Below, in pieces: positions 25,770 through 35,853 of a stretch of DNA of 45,961 nt. The notes beneath the pieces are model-generated. The model saw only the letters and a list, made by a program, of their open reading frames with translations, did no database searches and was not told the DNA's origin. The stretch is from the IMG/VR virus record IMGVR_UViG_3300045988_049759; one strand, given 5' to 3'. This stretch comes from a virus. Position numbers and translations under genes: made by a program. Numbering within the stretch: the stretch's first letter is position 1; every line of letters starts with the position of its first letter.

Positions 25770-27493
25770 CAACGATTCCGGCAACTGAACCTGATAACCC
25801 TTTGATTTTGGGGCAGACGGTTCACACCGGGATTGAAAAAAGCCTTGAAGAAGCAATCAGGGAATATTGTTTCAGCTTCCCGATTATCACGGATGAACAC
25901 ATAAACGAGATAATCAAGTTTGAAACGGTGATCCCGCTTGCGAGGGCGGCAATCCCGCCCGGTGGAAAGTTTGAAGTTGAAATCAAGGATGATGATTTCC
26001 ACGGGTTCATTGATTACCTTGTACCCGCCCGAACTGAACAGCGTTTGAACGGGGAAAATCAAGAAATACCTGATGTGTTTGACCTTTACGATTTCAAGTA
26101 TTCAAACAATGTTTCAGGCTATAAACAATCGGGGCAGCTTCACGAATACAAGTATTTCTTTGAGAGGAACAACCCCGGAAAGAAAATTCGGAATATGTTC
26201 TTTGTGTTCATTCCCAAAGTTACGATCCGGCAGAAAAAGACAGAAACCCTACTTGAATTCAGGGAACGCCTGAAAGAAGCGTTGTCCGGGGTGGAAGTCA
26301 AAATTGTTCAAATTGGGTTCAACCCTGAAAGGGTGATTGAATTCCTGTTTGGAATAAAAGCGGTGAATGAGGAAACAGAGTTCCCGCAAGAAAAAAGTTA
26401 CCTTTGTAGGTATTGCGAATTTCAAGAATATTGTGAGAAAGGAAATGATTACATGATTAAATTACCCGAAAACAAGAGAAGGAACATTGAAGCAGTTGAA
26501 AAGCGTGTGCTTTGGATTTACGGTGTGCCGTTTTGCGGCAAAACCACCTTTGCAAACAACTTCCCTGATCCGCTGATGCTGAATACGGACGGCAATATCA
26601 AGTTCGTTGATGCCCCGTATATCCGCATTAAGGATGAAGTGAGGGTTGAGGGCAGACAGACGAAAAGAACCCTTGCTTGGGATGTGTTCAAGGACACGAT
26701 TTCCGAACTGGAAAAGAAGGAAAACACTTTCAGAACGATTGTGGTTGACCTTTTGGAAGATTTGTATGAACATTGCCGCCTTTATATGTACCAGCAGATG
26801 GGCATTACCCATGAATCGGATGATTCCTTCCGTGCGTGGGATAAGGTGCGGGGCGAATTCCTGAACACGCTGAAACGCCTGATGAACCTTGACTATGAAA
26901 ATATTATCCTGATTTCCCATGAGGACACCAGCAAGGATATTACCCGCAAGGGTGGCGATAAAATCACGGCGATCAAGCCGAACTTGCAGGAAAAGGTTGC
27001 AAACAAGGTTGCCGGAATGGTGGATGTGGTTGCCCGCATTGTGGCAGACGGTGAAACCCGCACTTTCAGCTTCAAGAGCAATGAAGTGATTTTCGGCGGC
27101 GGGCGTTTGAGAGTGAACGCAAAGGATATTCCCCTTGATGTGAAAGCCCTGTTTGCCGTTTACGATGAAGCGAATAAAAACGCTGCTTCTGGGATGGCAG
27201 AACCCGCAGCCCCGGCAAAGACGGGAAGAACCGGAAGAAAGAGAACGGAAACCCCCGCCACACCCGCAGATAAGCCGCAGGACAGCCCGAAAGAGGAACA
27301 GCCTACAACTGATACCCCTGAACCTGAAAGCCCGCAGGAAGCCCCTGAAACGGCGGCAGAACAGCAGCCCGAAAAGGAAACTGAACAGCCCGCCCCGGAA
27401 GCTGCAACCCCGGCTGATGGTGCAATGAATCCCCCGGAAGCCCCGGCAGAGGGTGAGGAAAAGCCCCGCCGTAAGCGTAAAGCAAGAGATTAA
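25691..27493 (+). CDS. Fusion protein: Cas4/RecB-like 4Fe-4S PD-(D/E)XK nuclease, Sak4-like RecA-fold ATPase and a Pro/Glu-rich tail
   Basis: N-terminal Cys (SSVDC) plus CRYCEFQEYC (CX2CX5C). Motifs DLYDFKYS and QLHEYKY. Walker A GVPFCGKTT and Walker B IVVDLLED. The last 100 aa or so are P/E/A/T-rich. TTG start overlaps the upstream gene by 79 nt. Confidence 0.7.
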   Translation: MRYSHSSVDCFEKCKRKFKMRYLQGMTTIPATEPDNPLILGQTVHTGIEKSLEEAIREYCFSFPIITDEHINEIIKFETVIPLARAAIPPGGKFEVEIKDDDFHGFIDYLVPARTEQRLNGENQEIPDVFDLYDFKYSNNVSGYKQSGQLHEYKYFFERNNPGKKIRNMFFVFIPKVTIRQKKTETLLEFRERLKEALSGVEVKIVQIGFNPERVIEFLFGIKAVNEETEFPQEKSYLCRYCEFQEYCEKGNDYMIKLPENKRRNIEAVEKRVLWIYGVPFCGKTTFANNFPDPLMLNTDGNIKFVDAPYIRIKDEVRVEGRQTKRTLAWDVFKDTISELEKKENTFRTIVVDLLEDLYEHCRLYMYQQMGITHESDDSFRAWDKVRGEFLNTLKRLMNLDYENIILISHEDTSKDITRKGGDKITAIKPNLQEKVANKVAGMVDVVARIVADGETRTFSFKSNEVIFGGGRLRVNAKDIPLDVKALFAVYDEANKNAASGMAEPAAPAKTGRTGRKRTETPATPADKPQDSPKEEQPTTDTPEPESPQEAPETAAEQQPEKETEQPAPEAATPADGAMNPPEAPAEGEEKPRRKRKARD

Positions 27494-27512
27494 AGAAAGG
27501 TAGGTAAAAACT

Positions 27513-27761
27513 ATGCCAAACAACCCCTTCGGTATTCCTGATGAAGTGTTGCTTGCTATGGTGAACGCAGCAATTCAGCAGAAAGGACAGCAGACAAAGA
27601 GCCATACCCCGGAAAACCCCTTCAAGGTTGATCCGGCAGCTATGGCAAAGAAATCCGCTTCCACGGCAAAGCAGCTTTATGATGCCTATGTGGAAGTAGG
27701 GTTCACAGCAGAACAGGCTTTTGACTTGGTTAAGGGTATCTTGACCGCAAAGAAAAATTAA
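27513..27761 (+). CDS. Hypothetical protein (82 aa)
   Basis: ORF with an SD. Confidence 0.45.
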   Translation: MPNNPFGIPDEVLLAMVNAAIQQKGQQTKSHTPENPFKVDPAAMAKKSASTAKQLYDAYVEVGFTAEQAFDLVKGILTAKKN

Positions 27762-27790
27762 AATCAGAAAGGTTAAAAAGGTGAAAAATC

Positions 27791-28255
27791 ATGGCTAACA
27801 TTTGGGATGATTTCGATAAGGCAATCGACACGGAAGGGCTTGCAAAGGATGTTGAGGAAGCAGCCGAAAACGGCGGGCGGCGTGAAGTTCCGCATGATAC
27901 TTATGAAGTGGCTATCACAAAGCTGGAATTGGTGAAATCCAAAAAGGGCGATCCGATGGTTACTTGCTGGATGAAGATTTTGGAAGGCGAGTACAAAGGC
28001 AGCTTGATCTTTATGAATCAGGTTGTAACACAGGGCTTTCAGATTCATATTGCCAATGAGTTCATGCGGGCGTTGGTTGCGGAAATGGCTGATCCGATTG
28101 ATATTCAGTTCAAGACCTACAATCAGTACGGCAACATGATTATGGATGTTATGGAAGCCATTGATAACAACTTCGAGTACCAGCTTGATTACAGAGAGAA
28201 CAGCAAGGGGTACAACGAATTTGAGATCAAGGAAGTTTATGTTCTGGAAGATTAA
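27791..28255 (+). CDS. DUF669-like protein (putative ssDNA-binding partner of Sak4-type recombinases)
   Basis: Motif YEVAITKLELVKSKKGDPMVTCWMKILEGEYKGSLIF. Called partly on context. Confidence 0.5.
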   Translation: MANIWDDFDKAIDTEGLAKDVEEAAENGGRREVPHDTYEVAITKLELVKSKKGDPMVTCWMKILEGEYKGSLIFMNQVVTQGFQIHIANEFMRALVAEMADPIDIQFKTYNQYGNMIMDVMEAIDNNFEYQLDYRENSKGYNEFEIKEVYVLED

Positions 28256-28329
28256 CGCAGAGCAACGGGGCAGCAATGCCCCGGTAATGCGGGGGAACGG
28301 TTGCAACCCCGTTCAAAACACAGAAAGGA

Positions 28330-30066
28330 GTGAATCAGGTGCTATTTTATGACTTTGAGGTTTTCGCCTATGATTGGCTTGTCGTGGTTATGGATATGAC
28401 CGCAAAGAAAACCCATGTGATAATCAATTCACCGGAAGAACTTGAAGCCTTATATAAGGCAAATATAAGGGAAATTTGGTGTGGTTTTAATAGCCGACAC
28501 TACGATCAGTACATTTTGAAAGCTATCCTTTGTGGGTTCGATCCTAAAAAGGTGAATGATTATATCATTGTGAAGGGAAATCCCGGCTGGAAGTTCAGCA
28601 GCCTTTTCAATCAATATCCCCTGAACAATTATGATGTGATGATGAACATTGACCGGGGGCTAAAGTCTTTTGAGGGGTTCATGGGAAACGATATAAAAGA
28701 AACTTCCGTTCCCTTCGATATTGACCGCAAATTGACAGAAGAAGAAATTGCTGAAACCGTCAAATATTGCAAACATGATGTTGAACAGACGGTGCAAGTA
28801 TTTCTTCAACGGAAGAAGGATTTTGAAGCCCATATTGGGCTTGTGAAATTGGCTTGTCAAGGAAAGCCCCTTGATATGTCACTAATAAGCAAAACAAAGC
28901 CGCAACTTTCGGCAATTATCCTTGATGCCACAAAGCAAGAACATGATGATGAATTTGAAATTGATTTCCCGTATTCAATGCGAATTGAAAAATATTCAAA
29001 GGTGGTTGAATGGTATGAAAACCCGGAAAACCGCTGTTATCAGAAAGACGGGAAAAAGAATCAGCTTGATATTGTGGTTGCGGGTGTTCCTCACCAATTC
29101 GGATGGGGCGGCGTACACGGGGCGATTCCAAAGTATCACGGCAAGGGTTATTTCCTGAACATGGATGTTGCTTCCCTTTATCCGTCTTTGATGGTGCAAT
29201 ACAACCTTCATAGCCGGAATATCAGCGATCCGAAAAAGTTCGTTGAAATCTACAACCAAAGGTTGAAATACAAAGCGGAAAAGAACCCGCTGCAAGCCCC
29301 GTTGAAATTGGTGCTGAATTCCACTTATGGAGTGATGAAGGATAAGAACAATGCCCTTTATGATCCCTTGCAGGCTAACCGGGTTTGTGTTTACGGGCAG
29401 TTGCTTTTGCTGGATTTGATTGAACGCCTTGAACCCTATGCACAGATCATTCAATCAAATACTGATGGCGTGCTTGTGAAGATGCCGGAAGGACAGGATG
29501 AAGATCAATGGTATAGCCTGATTGATGATATAGCCCATGAATGGGAAGTTAGAACCGGGTTGAACCTTGAATTTGACGAATACCGGGAAATCTACCAAAA
29601 GGATGTGAACAATTACATTATCCTTGATTCGTGGGGGCATTGGAAATCAAAAGGGGCGTATGTGAAGGAATTATCTTCCCTTGATTATGATTTGCCGATT
29701 GTCAACCGGGCATTGGTTGAATACATGGTGCATGGTGTACCCGTAAGAAGAACCGTTTTGGAGTGCAACGCCTTGAAGGAATTTCAGCTTGTTTCCAAAA
29801 TCAGCGGAAAATACACCCACATCTTACACGGAAGCCGGGTTGTGAAGGAAAAGTGCATTAGGGTATTTGCTTCAAAGAACACTTCTGATGCCGGGGTTCA
29901 AAAGGTTCATGCAGTAACAAAGAAGCCCGCAAAAATCCCCAATTCCCCGGAACATTGCTTCATTTGGAATGAAACGGTGAACGGGGTTGAAGTTCCTGAA
30001 AAGTTAGATAAGCAATGGTATATAGACCTTGCAAATAAAAGATTATCAGATTTTGGGGTGATGTAA
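28330..30066 (+). CDS. Family B DNA polymerase
   Basis: Exo I YDFEV, motif A DVASLYPS, motif B KLVLNSTYG and motif C QSNTDGV. The true start may be GTG 28339. Confidence 0.85.
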   Translation: MNQVLFYDFEVFAYDWLVVVMDMTAKKTHVIINSPEELEALYKANIREIWCGFNSRHYDQYILKAILCGFDPKKVNDYIIVKGNPGWKFSSLFNQYPLNNYDVMMNIDRGLKSFEGFMGNDIKETSVPFDIDRKLTEEEIAETVKYCKHDVEQTVQVFLQRKKDFEAHIGLVKLACQGKPLDMSLISKTKPQLSAIILDATKQEHDDEFEIDFPYSMRIEKYSKVVEWYENPENRCYQKDGKKNQLDIVVAGVPHQFGWGGVHGAIPKYHGKGYFLNMDVASLYPSLMVQYNLHSRNISDPKKFVEIYNQRLKYKAEKNPLQAPLKLVLNSTYGVMKDKNNALYDPLQANRVCVYGQLLLLDLIERLEPYAQIIQSNTDGVLVKMPEGQDEDQWYSLIDDIAHEWEVRTGLNLEFDEYREIYQKDVNNYIILDSWGHWKSKGAYVKELSSLDYDLPIVNRALVEYMVHGVPVRRTVLECNALKEFQLVSKISGKYTHILHGSRVVKEKCIRVFASKNTSDAGVQKVHAVTKKPAKIPNSPEHCFIWNETVNGVEVPEKLDKQWYIDLANKRLSDFGVM

Positions 30067-30497
30067 TGAATAACAATTTATATATCAAATGGGAAACCGG
30101 GTACATGAATATTTACATGGATTTCTTCTTTCCATGTTCACAACAGCGGTTCAAAAAGCTGTTGAAGGTGATTGCTTTGGATTGGCAGCATGAAGATGAA
30201 TTGAAGGAAACTTTGAAAATTTATTTTCAAAATAGAATTGCTGATTTGGTGGAGTTGCAAAAAGAAAACGGAAAAAAATATTTCGATTTCAAGCAGAAAG
30301 CAGCGGACACACAACGAATGATCCAAAGCCGGAAGCACCCAAACGGTGTTTCACTTTCCAAAGAGGAATTAAAACGGGCAAGGGCAGATTTGAAAGAATA
30401 TACTTCTTCCTACAAAAAAGCCCTTTCGGATGCGAACAGTAATTTGAAGTTCAAGAATTGGTTTGAAAAACAGCTTGAATTTTTGAAATCAATATAA
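30066..30497 (+). CDS. Hypothetical protein (143 aa)
   Basis: ATG overlaps the polymerase stop. Confidence 0.45.
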   Translation: MNNNLYIKWETGYMNIYMDFFFPCSQQRFKKLLKVIALDWQHEDELKETLKIYFQNRIADLVELQKENGKKYFDFKQKAADTQRMIQSRKHPNGVSLSKEELKRARADLKEYTSSYKKALSDANSNLKFKNWFEKQLEFLKSI

Positions 30498-30511
30498 GGT
30501 GGTGAGTTGAA

Positions 30512-32397
30512 TTGTTCTTCAAAGGTTTTGTTGAAACCAAAAATAAAAAGTGCATAGAGAAATTCAAGGGCAGAACAGATTTCAAAACCTTTGAACAGGT
30601 TCAGTCATTACCGGAATACGCTGGAATATTGGCAGCGGACACAATTCTTGTTGATATTGATGATTCTGAAACTTCTGAAATACTGTTCAAGGTAGTGCAG
30701 GAATACGCCTTGACTTGCCGGGTTTACCGTACCAGCAGGGGCAAGCATTTCCTATTCAAGAACAGCGGAGTACCAACCAACAAAACAGGCTGCAAACTGG
30801 CAATAGGTTTGACCGCTGATATTAAAATCGGTACACGGAATTCCTATGAAGTGTTGAAATATGGTGGTAAAGAAAGGGAAATCCTTTATGATACCACTGA
30901 AAATGAGGAAGCACAGCCCCTTCCCCGCTGGCTTCACCCCGTAAAATCAAACATGGAATTCCTGAACATGGATGCCGGGGATGGCAGAAATCAAAGCCTG
31001 TTCAATTATATTCTTACGCTGCAAAGCAATGATTTTAGCGTGGAAGAAGCAAGGGAAACAATCAGGATAATCAATAAATTTGTGCTGAAAGTTCCGCTTT
31101 CGGATGATGAAATTGAAACAATCCTTCGTGATGATGCTTTCAAAAAGCCTGTTTTCTTCATGGGTTCAACATTCTTGTTTGACAAATTCGCAACCTTTTT
31201 GAAGAACAATCACCACATTATCAAGATCAACAATCAGCTACATATTTACAAAAACGGAATTTATGTTTCCGGGCTTGGAGAAATTGAAGCTGAAATGATT
31301 AAGCATATCCCACAGTTGAACAGAGCGAAAAGAACGGAAGTTCTTGCCTACCTTGATATTCTTATCAGGGAAAACACACAAGCGGAAGATGCTAACATGA
31401 TAGCCTTTGCCAACGGGTTATATAACATTGTGGATGATTCTTTTGTGGCGTTTACCCCGGAACACATTATCACAAACAAAATCAGGTGGGATTACAACCC
31501 GGAAGCCTATTCAGAATTGGCAGATAAAACCCTGAACAAGATTGCTTGTGATGATCCGGCGATCCGGGCATTGCTGGAAGAAGCTATTGGGTATTGTTTC
31601 TATCGCAGAAATGAGTTAGGCAAAGCCTTCATTCTGACTGGGGATAAATCCAACGGCAAAAGCACCTTCCTTTCAATGGTTCAAACCCTGTTAGGGGAAG
31701 AAAATATTGCTTCCCTTGATCTGAAAGAACTTGGTGATAGGTTCAAAACCGCTGAAATGTTCGGCAAGCTGGCAAATATCGGTGATGATATAGGGGATGA
31801 ATTCATTGCAAACCCGGCGATCTTTAAGAAGTTGGTAACGGGTGAACGGGTATCAGCAGAACGCAAGGGGCAAAATCCCTTTGAGTTCAACAATTATTCA
31901 AAGCTGCTATTTTCGGCAAACAAAATTCCCCGTATTAAAGATAAAACGGGGGCGGTGCAGCGGCGATTGACAATCATTCCTTTTGATGCAAGATTTTCCG
32001 CTGATGATCCCGATTTCAACCCGTACATTAAGCACCTTTTGAAAACAGATGAAGTTATGGAATATCTGATAAATTTAGGTATTGTCGGATTGAAGCGGGT
32101 GCTGACAAACCGGGCATTTACCGCTTCCGCAAAAGTTCAAAAGGCAATGGATGAATACGAGGAAAACAACAACCCAATTTTGGGATTCTTCAAGGAATGT
32201 GAAGATGAAGATTTTCAAATTGAAAATGAACCAACGAACAAGGTTTACAAGCGGTATCAGGAATATTGCCTTGCAAACAGCTTACAGCCTATGAGCAACA
32301 TTGAATTTTCAAAGCAAGTGAACCGCATTTTGAACATGAAGGTTGTGAATAAGACAATTCAAAACAAAAAATACCGGATATTTGTTCGGGCAGATAG

Positions 32398-32401
<4 letters not shown>
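30512..32401 (+). CDS. Primase-polymerase / P4-D5-type SF3 helicase
   Basis: 629 aa. Walker A GDKSNGKST. Motif RRLTIIPF. N-terminal prim-pol-like region. Confidence 0.8.
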
Positions 32402-33081
<680 letters not shown>

Positions 33082-33092
33082 AAGGGGCAAAG

Positions 33093-33299
33093 ATGAACAA
33101 TCCATATTTTAACAGTGAAGGGTATGCTGATCCTACGGCTTACGCCGGAACAAAGAACATAATCAAAGAGGAAAGCGAAACCGAAAGGCGGGCTTCTGAA
33201 TTGATAAAAGTATTGAAGTTCATTATTCGTTTAGCGGGTTTTGAACTGATTGAACGGGTAAAAATCAAAGACACAAAAACAGGAAGGGAGTTCAGATGA
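33093..33299 (+). CDS. Small hypothetical protein (68 aa)
   Basis: MNNPYFNSEGYADPTAYAG... Confidence 0.45.
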   Translation: MNNPYFNSEGYADPTAYAGTKNIIKEESETERRASELIKVLKFIIRLAGFELIERVKIKDTKTGREFR

Positions 33300-33844
33300 T
33301 GAATAATTTTACCGAACAGGATAGAATTGAACAATTCAAAAAAGTAATGAAACCGTGTATGCCTTATAAATTCCATTGGGAATTTGTTGATATTCTGAAA
33401 GAAAAGGGCTTCTTCACAGCCCCGGCTTCCATTCACCACCACGGGGCATATTCCGGGGCGTTATTCGATCATTCACTTGCCGTTACCAATTCGCTTTTAT
33501 CCCTTACAAAGCGGCTTGAATTGAAGTGGCAGGATGAAAGAAGCCCCCTGATTGTGGGAATGTTTCACGATTTATGCAAGGTGGATAATTACACCCGAAC
33601 CGACAATGAAGCGTGGGAATATAACAATGCAACCCTTCTTCCGGGGCATGGTGATAAATCGGTGATAATGCTGCAACAGTATATGCGGCTTACGGAAGAA
33701 GAAATGCTTTGTATCAGGTGGCACATGGGGGCTTTTGACGATAAAGAGAATTGGAACAGCTACGGGCGGGCAGTAACCAATTTCCCGAATGTGCTTTACA
33801 CGCATACCGCAGATATGATTGCAGCCCGTATTTTGGGGGTGTGA
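33296..33844 (+). CDS. HD-domain phosphohydrolase
   Basis: Motifs HHHGAYSGALFDHSL, GMFHDLCK and GHGDKS. Confidence 0.7.
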   Translation: MMNNFTEQDRIEQFKKVMKPCMPYKFHWEFVDILKEKGFFTAPASIHHHGAYSGALFDHSLAVTNSLLSLTKRLELKWQDERSPLIVGMFHDLCKVDNYTRTDNEAWEYNNATLLPGHGDKSVIMLQQYMRLTEEEMLCIRWHMGAFDDKENWNSYGRAVTNFPNVLYTHTADMIAARILGV

Positions 33845-33846
33845 GC

Positions 33847-33996
33847 ATGAAAGAAGCGTATATTCTTGAAATTGATGTTCAAAATTTTTTTCCGGGAACA
33901 TGGGAGAAAATGAGTATTGAGCAGCAAAAAGAAATACGAAAAAGATTTGAAAGATTGAAAAAACGACAAAAAATGAAAGGAAGGTGCGGACAATGA
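33847..33996 (+). CDS. Small basic protein (49 aa)
   Basis: ATG lies 3 nt after the HD gene stop. ATGA overlap with the next gene. Confidence 0.4.
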   Translation: MKEAYILEIDVQNFFPGTWEKMSIEQQKEIRKRFERLKKRQKMKGRCGQ

Positions 33997-34901
33997 ACAA
34001 ATTTTATAATGGAATTATGGGGCTTGTGGTCGGTGATGCTTTGGGCGTTCCGGTGGAATTCCGAAAGCGTGACACCTTCACCATTACAGATATGACGGGT
34101 TACGGAACACACAACCAGCCGCCCGGTACATGGTCGGATGATAGCAGCCTGACACTTGCAACCCTTGACAGTATGGTGAAATTGGGAAAGGTTGATCCGG
34201 CTGATATTATGCAGAACTTTTTCCATTGGCTGAATGATGGAATGTTCACCCCTTACGGGAAAGTGTTTGATGTGGGTGGTGGAACAAGGCGGGCAATCGC
34301 CCGTTATGCCAACGGAAAGGATGCTGCAAAGTGCGGTGGTAAAACCCGCATGGATAACGGGAACGGGGCTTTGATGCGTATTCTTCCGGTTGCAATGTTA
34401 CCTAACTACCCGGAAAAAGAAGCTGAACTTTTGAGCGTTGCACACCTGACACACGCACATTTCATTTCAGATTTCGCTTGCCGCATTTATACGGCGATTG
34501 TTGAAAACCTGATGAACGGCATGAAGAAGGAAGAAGCTGTTTTCAGCGGAATCGAAAAGTTCAAAGGGCAAATTGAAAGTGTTTCAATGCTTTCTGAATT
34601 CTGCAAGCTGATTGATCTTGAATGGTTGAAACGAACCTTTGTAAGAAGTTCAGGCTATGTGGTTGACACGCTGGAAGCCGCCCTTTGGTGTTTTCTGAAT
34701 ACTAACACATACCGGGATTGCGTTCTTACCGCCGTGAATTTGGGTGAAGATACTGATACCGTTGCGGCGGTTGCTGGCGGGCTTGCCGGGATATATTATG
34801 GTTGCGGTGGTGAAAGCGGTGTTCCTGATGAATGGATTTCGCAGATTCCCCGCCGTGATTGGATAAAGGGCTTGTGTGCAGAGCTGATTTTTGAAAATTA
34901 A
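33993..34901 (+). CDS. ADP-ribosylglycohydrolase (ARH/DraG family)
   Basis: Motifs GLVVGDALGVPVEF, WSDDSSLTLAT, GNGALMRILPV and GEDTDTVAAVAGGLAG. Confidence 0.85.
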   Translation: MNKFYNGIMGLVVGDALGVPVEFRKRDTFTITDMTGYGTHNQPPGTWSDDSSLTLATLDSMVKLGKVDPADIMQNFFHWLNDGMFTPYGKVFDVGGGTRRAIARYANGKDAAKCGGKTRMDNGNGALMRILPVAMLPNYPEKEAELLSVAHLTHAHFISDFACRIYTAIVENLMNGMKKEEAVFSGIEKFKGQIESVSMLSEFCKLIDLEWLKRTFVRSSGYVVDTLEAALWCFLNTNTYRDCVLTAVNLGEDTDTVAAVAGGLAGIYYGCGGESGVPDEWISQIPRRDWIKGLCAELIFEN

Positions 34902-34918
34902 CTTTCAAAATATGCGGC

Positions 34919-35197
34919 AAGTCAACTTGCTATTCAAGATTAAGTCAAGTTGTTGTAGTGGGAACTTGACTTGTAAAAAAGCCTGATATATCAAGGGTTT
35001 TCGGGCTTTAAGTCAAGATAAGTCAACTTAATATTGATTTTTTAAAAGATGATAAATTCTTAAAACAATAAATTACACCGTTTCGCAAAAATAATATATA
35101 AAGAATTTATCTTCCGTATCTTGACTTATCTTGAATAGCACATTGAGAAAAGCCCCATTTTACAAGGGTTTTCCCGTAAGTCAAGATATAAGTCAAG
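34919..35197. repeat. Array of 8 TTGACTTA/TTGACTTG motifs flanking an AT-rich core with an 11-bp inverted repeat
   Basis: Copies at 34919-26(-), 34941-49(-), 34966-73(+), 35009-17(-), 35019-27(-), 35121-28(+), 35177-85(-) and 35189-97(-). Inverted repeat gataaattctt 35051-61 / aagaatttatc 35101-11. CAAGGGTTTTC x2. Confidence 0.8.
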
Positions 35198-35217
35198 ATG
35201 AAGAAAGGAAGATTGCT

Positions 35218-35646
35218 ATGAAGGCAAAAGAATATTTGCAGCAGTTACAGCGGTTAGATACCGTGATAAATCAGAAAATCAAGGAATTAGACGATTTGCG
35301 TTTGAAGTCGCAAAGCACAGGCAGCGTTGACTATTCCAAAGAGAGGGTACAAACAAGCCCTTCCGGGGATGCCCCGTTTGTGAAGCTGATAGGCAGGATC
35401 ATTGACCTTGAAGCAGAAATCAATGCTGAAATTGATCGGTATGTTGATGAAAAACACAGGATAATCAATCAGATTCAGGGCTTGAAGAACCCTGATTATA
35501 TCGCCCTTTTGTTCAAGCGGTATGTTGAGTTCAAGAAGTTTGAGGTTATCGCCGTTGAAATGAACTTTACATATCAGTATGTTCTTAATATGCACGGCTA
35601 CGCCCTGAAAGCCTTTGAACAACTTATAAAAAGTGAGGAAAAATGA
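35218..35646 (+). CDS. Putative late-gene transcriptional regulator (sigma-70 region-4-like HTH, ArpU/RinA/DUF1492-type)
   Basis: MKAKEYLQQLQRLDTVINQKIKELDDLR...YIALLFKRYVEFKKFEVIAVEMNFTYQYVLNMHGYALKAF. Positioned just before terS. Confidence 0.6.
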   Translation: MKAKEYLQQLQRLDTVINQKIKELDDLRLKSQSTGSVDYSKERVQTSPSGDAPFVKLIGRIIDLEAEINAEIDRYVDEKHRIINQIQGLKNPDYIALLFKRYVEFKKFEVIAVEMNFTYQYVLNMHGYALKAFEQLIKSEEK

Positions 35647-35678
35647 TGTGTTTCATATATCATGTTATATAAGGGGCG

Positions 35679-35687
35679 TGTTATAAT
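35679..35687 (+). promoter_or_regulatory. Extended -10 element TGtTATAAT (candidate late promoter)
   Basis: Seen in the sequence. No good -35. Confidence 0.4.
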
Positions 35688-35700
35688 GTATAGTGAAAAA

Positions 35701-35728
35701 TCAGCAAGGGAAACCTTGTTGATTTTTT
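35701..35728 (+). terminator. Intrinsic terminator: 9-bp stem, GAAA loop, U6
   Basis: ucagcaagg-gaaa-ccuuguuga followed by uuuuuu. Confidence 0.7.
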
Positions 35729-35729
35729 A

Positions 35730-35795
35730 TTTTCCCGGTGGGGTACTCATAGCCGATTTCGGGCATAGTCGGTGAACTCCTACCCACCGGGAAAA
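35730..35795 (+). other. Large hairpin (13-bp perfect stem) in the terS leader
   Basis: ttttcccggtggg (35730..35742) pairs with cccaccgggaaaa (35783..35795). Confidence 0.6.
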
Positions 35796-35853
35796 TCTTT
35801 TTATGTTTATCAGGATGTTTGAAATTAACCTGACTGAAAGGGGGTGTTGCAGG

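Noticed and set aside
26462-27523. 353-aa ORF on the - strand
   Set aside because: It is antisense to the Cas4-like/Sak4-like gene. Its low-complexity Arg/Cys/Phe-rich sequence mirrors the Pro/Glu-rich sense tail.
35730-35795. Large hairpin considered as a tRNA or tRNA-like gene
   Set aside because: It has no cloverleaf and no T-loop (GTTCRA) or D-loop consensus. It forms a single long stem only.
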